A stretch of DNA of 64,000 bases from a bacterium (lineage in GTDB: Bacteria; SM23-81; DAOVCL01), in assembly GCA_029932675.1 (NCBI GenBank), contig JAOZPP010000005.1, positions 12,423-76,422 on the forward strand. The letters run 5' to 3'. The position numbers and the translations under genes are program-made. Position 1 is the first letter of the stretch; each line of letters begins with the position of its first letter. Of this stretch, positions 45,272 through 54,527 are shown one piece after another. A model generated the notes under the pieces. That model had not been told where the DNA came from. It searched no databases and saw nothing but the letters and a program-made list of their open reading frames with translations.

Positions 45272-47596
45272 ATGAAATATAAGGAGGGTAAGGAAATGAA
45301 GAAAGGCATGTTGTTTTTTAGTGTGGGAGTGGTGATTTTTATATTGGGTAATTACGTCTTTGCTGGAAATAACTTCCCGGGAAAGGGTGTGGCCCCTGTT
45401 CAGGGTTTACCATTCTTAGAAAAGCCAGGCCCCTTGGCTACAAAGCCCACTGTGTCATTATCCAAAGAGGGGGTGAAGAGCCTCTCCTTTGTGGATAGTC
45501 ATGGACAGCAGCATTGTATGGTCTTTGATCCATCGGGTAAGAGGAAAAGTGTGATCGATACTTTGAAGTGGTATGTGGGGGAACCTTATGATTGTAACGA
45601 CTATACAGGAGCCCTGGATACTAGTTTTATCTGGTTCTATCCAGCAGCTCGCTGTTCCCTTTTGGAAGTGTGGGGTAACTTTCACGACCGGGCTGTAGAG
45701 GGTAGCCAGAAGATTTCCATCGCTGGCCTATGCTTTGAGGAACGGGGGGATGCTTGCACTGATACTTGTTGTCCCATGTGGATTCATGTATCCGAGGATG
45801 AGAGTGATACTTTTGCCATCTCCCTCACGGATAACCTATTACCGTGGGAGCTTCTCTGGTCTGTAAACGGTGGTGATACTTGGTCCAAGAAGGACTTTAC
45901 TGAATACCCTCCTGGGTTTGTTCTCGAATTGCCTCCAGATACTGCCTTCTTTGTGATATTGAGGGCCAGCTCTGGCGGTGGGCAACCTCACATCAATTGG
46001 GATGACTGTAATGGTTTCACCAGGCAGTGTGAGCCCCGATGTGCCCACTGGTATTTTACCTATCAGCACGCAACCCATGGAAGTCGTTATTGTCCAGGGG
46101 TCTCTTGTCAATCCCACTACTATGTCTATTATGCAACTGAACCATGGAGTTATCCAGAGCTTCTGGTTAAGGCTGTAGTTAGCTACCAATCAGTTCCCCC
46201 TTTCATCGATTCCTTGACTCAGCTAATGGATAACTACTATCCGGAGGAGAGTTTTGAGGTTAAAGCGGGAATGAGGGATTTGGATGGAGAGGTTACCGAA
46301 GCTATCCTTCACTTTACAGTGAGAAACTCTGGTGATACCACCAACTTGTCTATGGACATTGTGCCTGATCCTCACTGTCCCACTGGATTTATAGGCACTG
46401 CTGACATCAGCGGTTCCTTCTCATTTTTGGATACTGTTGATTATTGGGTCACTTGTAAGGATAACGATGAGAAGGCGGGGATATGGCGTGGCCAGGGTGA
46501 CGGTGTTCAGTCCTTCGTCTTCCAAAAGCCAAACCTCAAAGCGGATATTTTCTTAGCCAATGATATGGGTGGGGACAGGGGTATCTATTATCGTGCACTT
46601 CTGGATAGCCTTGGTTATGAGTATGAATACTGGGATCTCACTAAGAGTCATGGGTTGGATGAAACTATATTAGGCTATGGGAGATGGAATACGGTGATAC
46701 TATTCGGTTGGGGTTGTAGCACATTGCCAGGAAAGGATCCCACCGGAAGTATGTGGGCCAATTTCTTGGACCAAGGTACCCTAGACACCACAAGGAACAT
46801 CCTCTATGTAGATCAGGACTACTTCTGTGTGCACGATGATAGTTTGGACTACCCTGATGGATGTGGCTTTGAGGGGAATTTAAGCGCGGGTGAGTTCTTA
46901 TACGACTATTTTGGGGTGGGTTGGGCCAAGAGCGATCCAGAGGAGCAGGACACCCTCTTTATTGGTTTAGATGCACAATTAGTGGGGTCTTATGTGGGGG
47001 AGATTTTCGCGCTGAATACGGACCACGTAGGGATAACTCCTTGGCCAGATTACACCAGGGCCAATAGTCAAGCCACTGATATCTTTCAAGCTGTTTATGG
47101 GGAAGAGCCATGTGGCACCAGATATAATGGTGGGAACTTCAAGACCGTTTTTCTTCCTTTCCCCTTTGAGGCCTTATGTGATTATGATACTCTAAACCAG
47201 GAACCTGTTCTTACCGATAAGGCCTTGACCGTGATGGATAGTATTCTGTCGTGGTTTGGGACTCGGGATTCAATCCCTGAAGGTATTCAGCAGCTCCCTG
47301 ATGGGGGAGAGTTGCCGAGGGTCTTTACCCTCTCCCAGAACTACCCCAATCCATTCAACCCAGTGACCAGCATAGAGTATACAGTTCCCAAATCTGCTGA
47401 GGTGAGCCTGAAGGTCTATAACGTTCTGGGCCAGGAGGTGAAGACCTTGGTGGACCTGCGGCAGAATGCAGGTAGGTATCGGGCCACTTGGAATGGGGAG
47501 GATAGTCACGGCCAGAAGGTCTCCAGCGGTATCTACTTCTATCAGTTGAAGGCGGGAGACGTCTCGTTAGTGCGCAGGATGATCCTCTTGAAGTAG
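45272..47596 (+). CDS. Cys-rich secreted protein with T9SS-type/FlgD-Ig CTD
   Basis: Signal peptide (start may be MKKG at 45296); CTDTCC, CNGFTRQCEPRC, YCPGVSC; LSQNYPNPFNP...WNGED...RRMILLK. Confidence 0.8.
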   Translation: MKYKEGKEMKKGMLFFSVGVVIFILGNYVFAGNNFPGKGVAPVQGLPFLEKPGPLATKPTVSLSKEGVKSLSFVDSHGQQHCMVFDPSGKRKSVIDTLKWYVGEPYDCNDYTGALDTSFIWFYPAARCSLLEVWGNFHDRAVEGSQKISIAGLCFEERGDACTDTCCPMWIHVSEDESDTFAISLTDNLLPWELLWSVNGGDTWSKKDFTEYPPGFVLELPPDTAFFVILRASSGGGQPHINWDDCNGFTRQCEPRCAHWYFTYQHATHGSRYCPGVSCQSHYYVYYATEPWSYPELLVKAVVSYQSVPPFIDSLTQLMDNYYPEESFEVKAGMRDLDGEVTEAILHFTVRNSGDTTNLSMDIVPDPHCPTGFIGTADISGSFSFLDTVDYWVTCKDNDEKAGIWRGQGDGVQSFVFQKPNLKADIFLANDMGGDRGIYYRALLDSLGYEYEYWDLTKSHGLDETILGYGRWNTVILFGWGCSTLPGKDPTGSMWANFLDQGTLDTTRNILYVDQDYFCVHDDSLDYPDGCGFEGNLSAGEFLYDYFGVGWAKSDPEEQDTLFIGLDAQLVGSYVGEIFALNTDHVGITPWPDYTRANSQATDIFQAVYGEEPCGTRYNGGNFKTVFLPFPFEALCDYDTLNQEPVLTDKALTVMDSILSWFGTRDSIPEGIQQLPDGGELPRVFTLSQNYPNPFNPVTSIEYTVPKSAEVSLKVYNVLGQEVKTLVDLRQNAGRYRATWNGEDSHGQKVSSGIYFYQLKAGDVSLVRRMILLK

Positions 47597-47616
47597 GTCT
47601 TGTAATTTGGTAATGG

Positions 47617-47660
47617 AAAAAAGGCTGTCTGGGCAGAATGCCCAGACAGCCTTTTATTTT
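47617..47660. terminator. Bidirectional intrinsic terminator
   Basis: AAAAAAGGCTGTCTGGGCA-GAA-TGCCCAGACAGCCTTTT between convergent genes. Confidence 0.9.
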
Positions 47661-47687
47661 AGGCTGATCCTATGGGAACAAAATAGG

Positions 47688-48800
47688 CTAAACCTTAATC
47701 AATTCATATCCTCTCTTCCCCAATCCCAAGCCTTCCCCATAACTAAGCTGAATGGTGTAGTCGATCTCTGGATAGATATCCTTGATCTTATCATCTCCGG
47801 GGTTGAAACTCCTCTGGAGGGCAGAGTTTTTTAGCCCCGGGCTTTGGTTGAGGAGGTCAACCGAGGCCTGGTCGATAGCTATGGGGTCTGGAGAGGCCAG
47901 GATACCGATATCGGGGACTAAAGGGGCGTCTGAACGGTCAAAGCAATCACAATCAGGGGTTATGTTCAAAAGAAAGTTGATATAGCCTACTCTCCCACCC
48001 TTTCCCCTGGTCACCGCCCAAAGGTATTCCACCATCCTCTCCTGGAGCTCCCTACTCGCTGCATCCCACTTCACCCTGATCGCCCCTGTGGGGCAGCTTG
48101 GGATACACTCACCACACCCAGTACATTTCTCTCCCACAATGTAAGCCTTTCCCTCCCTGAGCTCTATGGCCTGGGGGAGGCAGTAGGGGCGACATCTTTC
48201 ACAGCCCGTGCATCTCTCCTCCTTTATGAAAGGACGAAAGTTGGAGTGCTGAGCTAACTTACCAGCTATACTGGCACAGCCCATACCAATGTTTTTAATC
48301 GCCCCTCCAAATCCCGTCGCTAAGTGGAGCTTGAAGTGGGCAACCCCAATTAAGGAATCAGCATAAGCGATATCGGAGCCAATGTAGGCCTTTTTTATAT
48401 GTTTCCCCTCTATCTCCACCTCTTGGAAGGATTGTCCCCGCAGCCCATCGCCGATAAGCAAAGGCGCCCCCGTGACTACTTGATTAAATCCATGTTCTGC
48501 GGCCAGGAGGAGGTGGTCGTAGGAATTTGAGCGAGAGCCAGGATAGAGGGTGTTGGTGTCTACCAAGAACGGTTTCCCTCCCGCCTCCTTTACCTTCTCC
48601 ACAATGGGCCTGAGGAAGATCGGCCGGATGAAACCTGAGCCTCCTCTCTCCCCGAAGTGGAGTTTCACCGCGGTCAGCCCATCTTTCTCCACTATCCTCC
48701 CTAAGCCCGCTCGATCGAAGAGACGGCTGAGCTTCTGGAATAGGTTTGTGCCTGACCTTGTCCGCAGGTCGGTAAAGTAGACCTTGCTCTTGGTTTCCAT
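47688..48800 (-). CDS. DUF362 iron-sulfur protein with two 4Fe-4S ferredoxin motifs
   Basis: KLHFGE, GGAIKNIGMGCA, CTGCERCRPYC, CTGCGECIPSCP, PDCDC. Confidence 0.85.
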   Translation of the reverse strand: METKSKVYFTDLRTRSGTNLFQKLSRLFDRAGLGRIVEKDGLTAVKLHFGERGGSGFIRPIFLRPIVEKVKEAGGKPFLVDTNTLYPGSRSNSYDHLLLAAEHGFNQVVTGAPLLIGDGLRGQSFQEVEIEGKHIKKAYIGSDIAYADSLIGVAHFKLHLATGFGGAIKNIGMGCASIAGKLAQHSNFRPFIKEERCTGCERCRPYCLPQAIELREGKAYIVGEKCTGCGECIPSCPTGAIRVKWDAASRELQERMVEYLWAVTRGKGGRVGYINFLLNITPDCDCFDRSDAPLVPDIGILASPDPIAIDQASVDLLNQSPGLKNSALQRSFNPGDDKIKDIYPEIDYTIQLSYGEGLGLGKRGYELIKV

Positions 48801-48845
48801 TTATTTATAACCTGAGCCGTCAGATGCCCTCATCTGACGGGGGTA

Positions 48846-48872
48846 GTGGCAGAATCGGGGTTCTGCCACCTC
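48846..48872. repeat. Dispersed REP-like palindrome, copy 2
   Basis: GTGGCAGAA-TCGGGG-TTCTGCCAC-CTC. Confidence 0.7.
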
Positions 48873-48915
48873 ATCTTGGGTTTCCTTCATTCTTAATTTT
48901 ACATTTGGTTTTTTG

Positions 48916-49566
48916 CTAAGAGAATATCCTGAACTTGGCCAATACCCGGGCCAGTGAACCCAATATCTGCGCCTCCTGATCAGAACGTCCTTGCTGATCC
49001 GTAATCTGGCGAATTGCTGACCAGAGATAGACTACCATCGAGAGGGGGGTGAGGGTCCCTACGCCCCAGTATCCAATCCTGAGCACAGTTGGTGGAGAGG
49101 AGAAGAGGAACATAAAGAGGAGGATGAGTTGTGCCCAGGTGGTGGCCTTACCTAAGAGGTTTGGGGTAGTGAGGGTATTCCTCATCCTCAAGAAGGAGGG
49201 GAGGGGTTCACCAGAAGCGCGCAGGGCGAAAAACCAGAGCCCCCCCAGGAGGATGAACCGCCCTAAGACCATCCCAGTTATCAACCAGGTGGGGCGGCCA
49301 AGGAGGAGGCTAAAACCTAAGTAGCCAATGCCAATACAGACCTTGTCGGCCAAGGGGTCCAGGAAACGGCCTAAGGGGTTCTCCTCCTTTGATGCTCTGG
49401 CCAGGCTTCCATCCAAGAGATCAGAAATAGCTACCCAGGAGATGATCAACTTAGCGGCGAGGGGAGCCCAATTCCATTTTCCCCAGTTGCCAAGACAGAG
49501 CAGAAAGGGGGGAATCATAAATAGGCGGCTTAAGGTTAACCAATTGGCGGTTTTTCTTAGATCCAT
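48916..49566 (-). CDS. CDP-alcohol phosphatidyltransferase (PgsA-like)
   Basis: ANWLTLSR; DLLDGSLAR...GRFLDPLADK signature. Confidence 0.9.
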   Translation of the reverse strand: MDLRKTANWLTLSRLFMIPPFLLCLGNWGKWNWAPLAAKLIISWVAISDLLDGSLARASKEENPLGRFLDPLADKVCIGIGYLGFSLLLGRPTWLITGMVLGRFILLGGLWFFALRASGEPLPSFLRMRNTLTTPNLLGKATTWAQLILLFMFLFSSPPTVLRIGYWGVGTLTPLSMVVYLWSAIRQITDQQGRSDQEAQILGSLARVLAKFRIFS

Positions 49567-51269
49567 TATGCTTTTCCCCCTTCCTTGATAAGTTCCTCGG
49601 CCTGCTCCAAGGCGGTGAGGCTTATCCTCTTCCCCGCCAACATCCTTGCTATCTCCTTTACCCTCTCTCCCGGGGTGAGCTTACGGATCTTTGTCTGGGT
49701 CTTCCCCTGGTCAGTGGTCTTCTCCACCTTATAATGATGTTGCGCCAGAGAGGCGATCTGTTGGAGATGGGTGATACAGATTATCTGATGGGAATCAGCC
49801 AACTTCCTTAGCTTTTCCCCTACCTGATGGGCAACCTTTCCCCCTATCCCCACATCTATTTCATCGAAGATCAAAATCGGAATTTGATCTACCTTGGCCA
49901 AGATGGCCTTTAGGGCAAGCATTATCCGAGAGGCCTCCCCTAAGGAGGCTATTTTGGTCAGAGGTTTGACTTCCTCCCCGGGGTTGGGGGATATATAGAA
50001 CTCCCCCTTCTCCATCCCCTTCTCCGTGGGTTCATACCTTTCTCCTGCAACTTCAATTAGGCCATCCGCTGTCTTTAATGGGGTAAGTTTCACCTTAAAC
50101 TTAGCCTTTCCCATACCTAAGGAGGAGAGCTCTTCCTGCACCCTTCCCTCCAATCTATCTGCTGCCTGGTTCCTCTTCTGGGAGAGGAGGTGGCAAAGGG
50201 AGGTGAGATCAGCCCGAAGTTGGATGATCCTTCCTTCAATTGTTGCTAAGGCTGAATCAAAATCCTCGATTGAAGCCAATAACTCCTTGAGCTTTGCTTG
50301 GTGTTGGAGGACAGCCTCTATACTTCCCCCATACCGTTTCTTTAGTCCCCTAAGGGAGAGGAGCCTCTCGGTTACCGCCTCCAACCTGCGAGGATCGGAT
50401 TCAATCCTCCCCAGATGGGAGGTGAGGAGGTGATAGATCTCTTCCACTCGCAGGGAAATCTCCCTCAGATCCTCAACTGGTTTTTCCAACCGGTGATCAA
50501 TCTTAGCTGCCCTCTCCACCTCCGTTTCTGCCCGCTGGATATTTTCTAAGGCCGAACCGCTTGCTTGGTAGAGAAGGTCAACTGCTGTGGCCAGGCTCTG
50601 ACTGAGGGTCTCCGTATTCTCTAAGACCTTCTTCTCCTCTTCTAATTTCTCCTCCTCCCCGGGTTGAGGGTCGATCCTCTCAATTTCCCTCAACTGGAAG
50701 GAGTAAAGCTCCCTCTTCTCCTCGGCCTTCTCCTTGGCCTTGATCAATTCCTCTCGCCGGTTTATCTCCTCTTTTAAAGCCTTATAGGCAGCTCCTACCT
50801 TCCTCCTTAAAGGCCAGAGGCCGCCGAAGCCATCTAAGAGGTCCAGATGGGAGCCCCGGTGCAGGAGGGATTGATGCTGATGGGGGCCATGGAGGTCTAC
50901 CAGGAGGTCCCCTATCCCCCGCAGGGCAGCCAAGGTGATCAGCCTTCCGTTGGCATAACAATGTGATGGACCCTGAGGGAATATCTCCCTCTCCAGGATT
51001 AGTTCCCCCTCCTCGGCCTTAACTCCCCACTGGGAAAGCAACCTTTGGATAGTCTCATCCAGTGTAAAGAGACCCTCCACCTTAGCTGATTCAGCTCCTG
51101 ATCTGACCTGAGTCCTCTCCGCTCTCTCCCCTAAGAGGAGCCCTATCGCCCCGACTATTATGGATTTTCCTGCCCCGGTAGAGCCAGTGAGCACATTGAG
51201 CCCGGCACCAAACCTAATGGAGAGCTTATCGATGAGGGCGTAATCCTTAATTCGCAACTCCCTGAGCAT
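49566..51269 (-). CDS. recN: DNA repair protein RecN
   Basis: TGSTGAGKS, DLHGPHQHQ, IFDEIDVGIGG, CITHLQQIA; next to nadK. Confidence 0.95.
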   Translation of the reverse strand: MLRELRIKDYALIDKLSIRFGAGLNVLTGSTGAGKSIIVGAIGLLLGERAERTQVRSGAESAKVEGLFTLDETIQRLLSQWGVKAEEGELILEREIFPQGPSHCYANGRLITLAALRGIGDLLVDLHGPHQHQSLLHRGSHLDLLDGFGGLWPLRRKVGAAYKALKEEINRREELIKAKEKAEEKRELYSFQLREIERIDPQPGEEEKLEEEKKVLENTETLSQSLATAVDLLYQASGSALENIQRAETEVERAAKIDHRLEKPVEDLREISLRVEEIYHLLTSHLGRIESDPRRLEAVTERLLSLRGLKKRYGGSIEAVLQHQAKLKELLASIEDFDSALATIEGRIIQLRADLTSLCHLLSQKRNQAADRLEGRVQEELSSLGMGKAKFKVKLTPLKTADGLIEVAGERYEPTEKGMEKGEFYISPNPGEEVKPLTKIASLGEASRIMLALKAILAKVDQIPILIFDEIDVGIGGKVAHQVGEKLRKLADSHQIICITHLQQIASLAQHHYKVEKTTDQGKTQTKIRKLTPGERVKEIARMLAGKRISLTALEQAEELIKEGGKA

Positions 51270-51271
51270 CT

Positions 51272-52159
51272 CTACCCCTCAGATCCCGGTTCCAACCCCC
51301 ATTTGAGCTTTTCTCTGAGGACCTGGTAGAAAGACTGTGCGGTAGAGTGGACTAACGTTATCTTGTAATCCCCCTTGGTTATCCTTACCCTATCCCCGGA
51401 AGACAGTTCATATCCCACCTGACCGTCTATGGTGAGCATTGCTAAGTTGTGATCAGAATAGACCGCAACTTCAAAGACCTCCTCTTGAGAGATGACCATG
51501 GGCCTTACTGAGAGGCTGTGCGGACAGATGGGGGTGATGATGATCGCCTCCATACGGGGGTTGATGATCGGCCCCCCGGCAGAGAGGGAGTAGGCGGTGG
51601 ACCCAGTGGGAGTGGAAAGGATGAGACCATCAGCGGAAAATGTGGAGAGGGACTCGCCGTTGATGAAGGTCTCCAATTGGATTACGCGGGAGAAACTTCC
51701 CTTGTCTATTACCAGGTCATTGAGGGCATAGAAAGTGGGTTTCCCTGGTTTGGAGAGGAGCACGGCCTTGATGATCATCCTCTTCTCCAGGGTATAGTGT
51801 TCTTTCCAGATCCTCTCCAGGGTGGAAAAGATCTCCTCTGGTTTCAGTTCGGTGAGAAAGCCCAGCCTGCCTAAGTTTACCCCTAAGATGGGGGTTCCTC
51901 TTCTCCCTACCGCCCGCGCTGCAGCGAGGAGTGTGCCATCACCCCCTAAGGCAATGATCATATCGGAGTGGCTAGCCACTTCCTCCCGGGGATAGGCCGA
52001 TTCTCTTTTACCTACCAAGGGAAGGAGCTCTTCTTCTAAGGCAAATTCAGCCCCTTTGGTCTCCAACCACTCTACCAAGGAGATTAAGACCTCCTTAGTC
52101 TTTGGCTTCTCAATGTTGGCGATAATCCCAATTCTTTTCAACATAATTTGCATCCTCAA
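51272..52159 (-). CDS. nadK: NAD kinase
   Basis: GGDGT, GVNLGRLGFL, ADGLILSTPTGSTAYSLSAGG. Confidence 0.95.
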   Translation of the reverse strand: MRMQIMLKRIGIIANIEKPKTKEVLISLVEWLETKGAEFALEEELLPLVGKRESAYPREEVASHSDMIIALGGDGTLLAAARAVGRRGTPILGVNLGRLGFLTELKPEEIFSTLERIWKEHYTLEKRMIIKAVLLSKPGKPTFYALNDLVIDKGSFSRVIQLETFINGESLSTFSADGLILSTPTGSTAYSLSAGGPIINPRMEAIIITPICPHSLSVRPMVISQEEVFEVAVYSDHNLAMLTIDGQVGYELSSGDRVRITKGDYKITLVHSTAQSFYQVLREKLKWGLEPGSEG

Positions 52160-52176
52160 AGTAGAGGAAAACTTCT

Positions 52177-53142
52177 TCAGGGCATAGCTTGAGCCTCTAT
52201 GCCCAGGGTTTTTCTGATCTGGCTGGCCAGGGCGGGGGCGTCTCCCACCCGATAGTTGTCGGTGATTACCAGTTCTGGCCCACTCCTTTGCACATACTCC
52301 ATCAATTCCTCAAAGTCAGAATGGTCGCTTAAGGCCACCAGATAATCCCTCTTCGCTGTCTGCCTCCAGGGGTGACTAAACTCCCATCCGGAGAGGGTTA
52401 TCCTGTATCCCCTTGTTTCGATGTATCTTTTAGCTCCTGTATGATAGAGGACGATATGGGGCCCCGCCTTTGCTTTTTTCCCCTCTTCGCTGGTCGAGGG
52501 GAGGTAGGGAGGAAACTTCATTCCATACTTTTCCCCCAGTTGGGCCAAACGGAAGGTGCGTTGGGGGAGGAGTATGGGGACCCTTAGGCCAAACCCCTTG
52601 ATCATAGCCAGAACCTCTAATAGTTTGCCATGATAGCCAAAGATATGAACTGGTCCTGATTTCAGCAACCTCTCCAGGAGTTCCTTCATCCTTTGGCTCA
52701 GTTCTTCCTTAAATTTCCTCACCTGTTCAGGATGGCCATAGGTAGCCTCTATTACCAAGGTGTCTGCCTGGATAACTTTCGTCCGGTGAAGGCAAAAATC
52801 ACCGGTGTAAAGGAGCCTTCGCCCATTTTCCCTTTCCAGCAGAACCTGAGCTGAACCTAATATATGGCCTGCTTCAAACAGGGTTATTCTCTCCCCGTTA
52901 AACTCCATAGGTTGCCCAAAGGGGAGGGGAGTAAGCCCCCCAGTGCCTCTCAATATCTTCACCAATTCCACGGTGGCCGGGGAGGAGATCACCTGATCAC
53001 ATCTTTGCAAGCTCTCCTCAAGGCCCCAGAGGTGGTCGGAATGGGCGTGGGTTACAACCCGTAACCTCCGGTTCCAATGACCATCACAGGTCACTGTATT
53101 CCCTAAGAGGACCGCCCCGTTGGGAGCTATTGAGGCATCCAT
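52177..53142 (-). CDS. Metallo-beta-lactamase/beta-CASP-like nuclease
   Basis: THAHSDH, AGHILGS, YTGD, EATYG, SDHSDF. Confidence 0.85.
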   Translation of the reverse strand: MDASIAPNGAVLLGNTVTCDGHWNRRLRVVTHAHSDHLWGLEESLQRCDQVISSPATVELVKILRGTGGLTPLPFGQPMEFNGERITLFEAGHILGSAQVLLERENGRRLLYTGDFCLHRTKVIQADTLVIEATYGHPEQVRKFKEELSQRMKELLERLLKSGPVHIFGYHGKLLEVLAMIKGFGLRVPILLPQRTFRLAQLGEKYGMKFPPYLPSTSEEGKKAKAGPHIVLYHTGAKRYIETRGYRITLSGWEFSHPWRQTAKRDYLVALSDHSDFEELMEYVQRSGPELVITDNYRVGDAPALASQIRKTLGIEAQAMP

Positions 53143-53300
53143 CTAAAGAATTTAGCACAAGTTTACCCCTGAGGCAAGGAGTTTTTCGCCCTCAGAGGCA
53201 AGGCCACCGGGAGGGGAGGAATTAAACGAGTAGATATTGTTGTTTTGGTGTTACATCCTTTGGGGTGGCTGTGGAAGGGCGATGGGGCAGCTTAGAAGTG

Positions 53301-54524
53301 CTACTCGTACCTTAAGGCCGCGATGGGATTGAGTTTGGCGGCCTTGGAGGCGGGGTATATACCGAAGAATATCCCTACTGCTGCCGAGAAGGTAAACCCT
53401 AAGATGATTGACCAGATAGGGATGGTAGCCGGGAGGGGTGAAATTGCCCCCACAAGTTCACCTATTCCAACTCCAAGGCCAATGCCCAATATTCCCCCAA
53501 GCCCGCTGAGGGTTACTGCTTCGATGAGGAACTGGTAGAGGATATCGCTTCTTTTCGCTCCAATGGCCTTTCTGATCCCTATCTCCCTGGTGCGCTCGGT
53601 GACCGAAACGAGCATTATGTTCATAATGCCGATTCCGCCAACTAAGAGGGAGATCCCGGCTATTCCCACCATTGCTCCAAATACCGATCCGGTTAACTTC
53701 TTGTATACATCCATTAGCATATCCAAGGTCATAATCTCAAAGTCGTTTGGCTGATCATAGGGGACCCCTCTTCTCCTCCTCAAAACCTGAGTGGCTTGGT
53801 CTATAGCTAATTGGGTGGCCTCTACGCTCACCGGCTCGACGACGATGGTAACTGACCTTCTCCTCTTTCCATAGAATTTCATCAGGGTAGTGATGGGGGT
53901 GATGACGAAATCGTCCATTGATTCCCCCAAGAAGTTGCCCTTTGGTTCCAGGGTGCCTACTACCGTGAACCTATGTCCCTTAATGAGGACCTGTTGGCCG
54001 ATGGGATCCAGATGGGGAAATAGATCCTCGGTGATGTCCGCCCCCAGGACCACCACTGCCCTCCTGTGCTGGACATCAAGGGGGGTAAGGGATCTCCCCC
54101 TCTCCAAGGAATATTGGTGGAGCTCGAGGAATTCCGGTGTTCCCCCAATCAGCGAGATATAGGGTGTCTTTTCGCCTTTGTATTTGGCTCTTACCGGAAA
54201 CTCTTGGGCATAGGCGGAGGCCTTCTTCACCGCTGGACAGAGCCTGGCTATCGCTTGGGCATCCTCTATGGTGAGATCCTTGCGCTTTCTGTACTTCTCC
54301 CCCAACCTCCCCATCCTGATGGCGGGAAATTTCTGGATATAGAAGGTGTTTGATCCCAGCGATCTTATCTGGCCTTGCACAGATCTATTCATTCCTTGGA
54401 TCAGGGAGAGCATAGTGATTACTGTGGTTACGCCGATGACTATCCCTAAGGTGGTGAGGAATGACCTCAGTTTGTGGGCCTTGAGGGCCTGCAGGGCCTG
54501 GAAGATGTTCTCCCTTATCTCCAT
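53301..54524 (-). CDS. ABC transporter permease (MacB/YknZ type)
   Basis: [40 protein letters not shown]. Confidence 0.93.
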   Translation of the reverse strand: MEIRENIFQALQALKAHKLRSFLTTLGIVIGVTTVITMLSLIQGMNRSVQGQIRSLGSNTFYIQKFPAIRMGRLGEKYRKRKDLTIEDAQAIARLCPAVKKASAYAQEFPVRAKYKGEKTPYISLIGGTPEFLELHQYSLERGRSLTPLDVQHRRAVVVLGADITEDLFPHLDPIGQQVLIKGHRFTVVGTLEPKGNFLGESMDDFVITPITTLMKFYGKRRRSVTIVVEPVSVEATQLAIDQATQVLRRRRGVPYDQPNDFEIMTLDMLMDVYKKLTGSVFGAMVGIAGISLLVGGIGIMNIMLVSVTERTREIGIRKAIGAKRSDILYQFLIEAVTLSGLGGILGIGLGVGIGELVGAISPLPATIPIWSIILGFTFSAAVGIFFGIYPASKAAKLNPIAALRYE

Positions 54525-54527
54525 AGG

